Below, piece by piece: positions 63,301 through 64,000 of a DNA stretch of 64,000 nucleotides (positions are counted from its first letter, which is position 1; each line of letters begins with the position of its first letter). A program made the translations under genes and the position numbers. Under the pieces are notes generated by a model, which was not told where the DNA came from, did not search any database, and saw nothing but the letters and a program-made list of their open reading frames with translations. The stretch is from contig NC_082722.1 in the NCBI RefSeq assembly GCF_030144855.1, forward strand, positions 26,660,001-26,724,000, given 5' to 3'. This stretch comes from Hypanus sabinus (lineage: Eukaryota).

Positions 63301-64000
63301 TGTCATGGTCCGGTCTGTGAAATCAGCTTTCTGGTTGACAGTCCAGTCGATGATCCTTATTCCCTGCTTTCCGGGTTTCCCCAGTTTCGGTTGAGGCAGT
63401 TGATTCTTGTTTGGGCTGGCTTCATAAATAGCGTCAGGGTTTACCATCGGGCTGCTGGATTGTTCCTGTCCTAACCCCTTGTCTGTATCCCTTCCCTTCA
63501 CCTACCTCCTGGAGACTAGCCTAGCCTTGCTTTGCCTTGCCTCGACTCACCTCTGCCCGGATCCTTGCCTCGACTTGCCTCTGCCTGGAGCCTTGCCTCT
63601 GCCCGGAAACTTGCATCGCCTTGCCTGTGTCTGGAGCCTCGCTCAGTTTGGAACAGTCTGTCTGTGTTCACGACTTTGCTCGGCAGGTCAGGCCGTTTTG
63701 CCGCTACCTAGCGTTGGGAACTGGCTCGTCGTGTTCAGCGTTCTGTGTTATGAGTCCTGGCGCTACGTCTTGTACCCAAGGAGGGGTCCCGGCTTTGTGT
63801 TTTGCGTTTCTGTTCTCCCTCGACCCAGGCTCAGTGTCCTTCGTTCCTGTCCAAGCTACGGCTTTGTGCTCTCGTCTTGTCATGTGCCTCGCCCAGCCCA
63901 AGATATCCTTGCCTAGCCCGGTGCTGTGGTTCACTCGACCTGCCTTGGGGTTCCCTTAATCTGTCCAGGAGCCTCACGTCCATACCTGTTGCCTCTGCTC
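63301..64000 (+). mobile_element. Probable LTR (truncated by window end) with short internal tandem repeats
   Basis: Starts tgtcatgg, has a cataaatag TATA-like motif and repeated ctctgcc(c/t)gga.ccttgc units. Confidence 0.5.

Noticed and set aside
63479-63959. Overlapping 140-145 aa Cys/Leu/Pro-rich ORFs
   Set aside because: Low-complexity tandem repeats inside a probable LTR.
1-64000. CRISPR arrays, rRNA/tRNA genes, prokaryotic operons
   Set aside because: No regularly spaced repeats or recognisable structural RNA genes; the sequence is intron-containing vertebrate DNA.

Overview
Vertebrate genomic DNA, probably from a cartilaginous fish such as a ray (inferred from the repeat families), with two short N runs. 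Roughly half the window is decayed transposon sequence: CR1, Rex1/Babar-like, Penelope-like, Gypsy LTR, V-SINE and a Chapaev-like DNA transposon. Between these lies a head-to-tail, plus-strand cluster of immunoglobulin-superfamily receptor genes, which I reconstructed exon by exon from splice signals and phases. The architecture is leader, V domain with a germline-joined J-like motif (no RSS), C1 domain, transmembrane segment, and a cytoplasmic tail with an ITIM-like motif plus an ITSM. Copy A (3' end only, 2637-3991) has an intact two-tyrosine tail. Copy B (16944-26079) is a pseudogene with a tandemly duplicated tail exon. Copy C (about 33.0-41.2 kb) is a remnant with no detectable Ig exons but an ITIM-bearing tail exon. 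Copy D (52674-62663) has an intact ectodomain and TM, but its ITIM/ITSM exon is blocked by a stop codon unless a cryptic acceptor is used. The best candidate for an undescribed system is this non-rearranging, antigen-receptor-like VJ-C1 receptor family, whose signalling tails are altered copy by copy. The labels A-D are mine; no database search or alignment was run.
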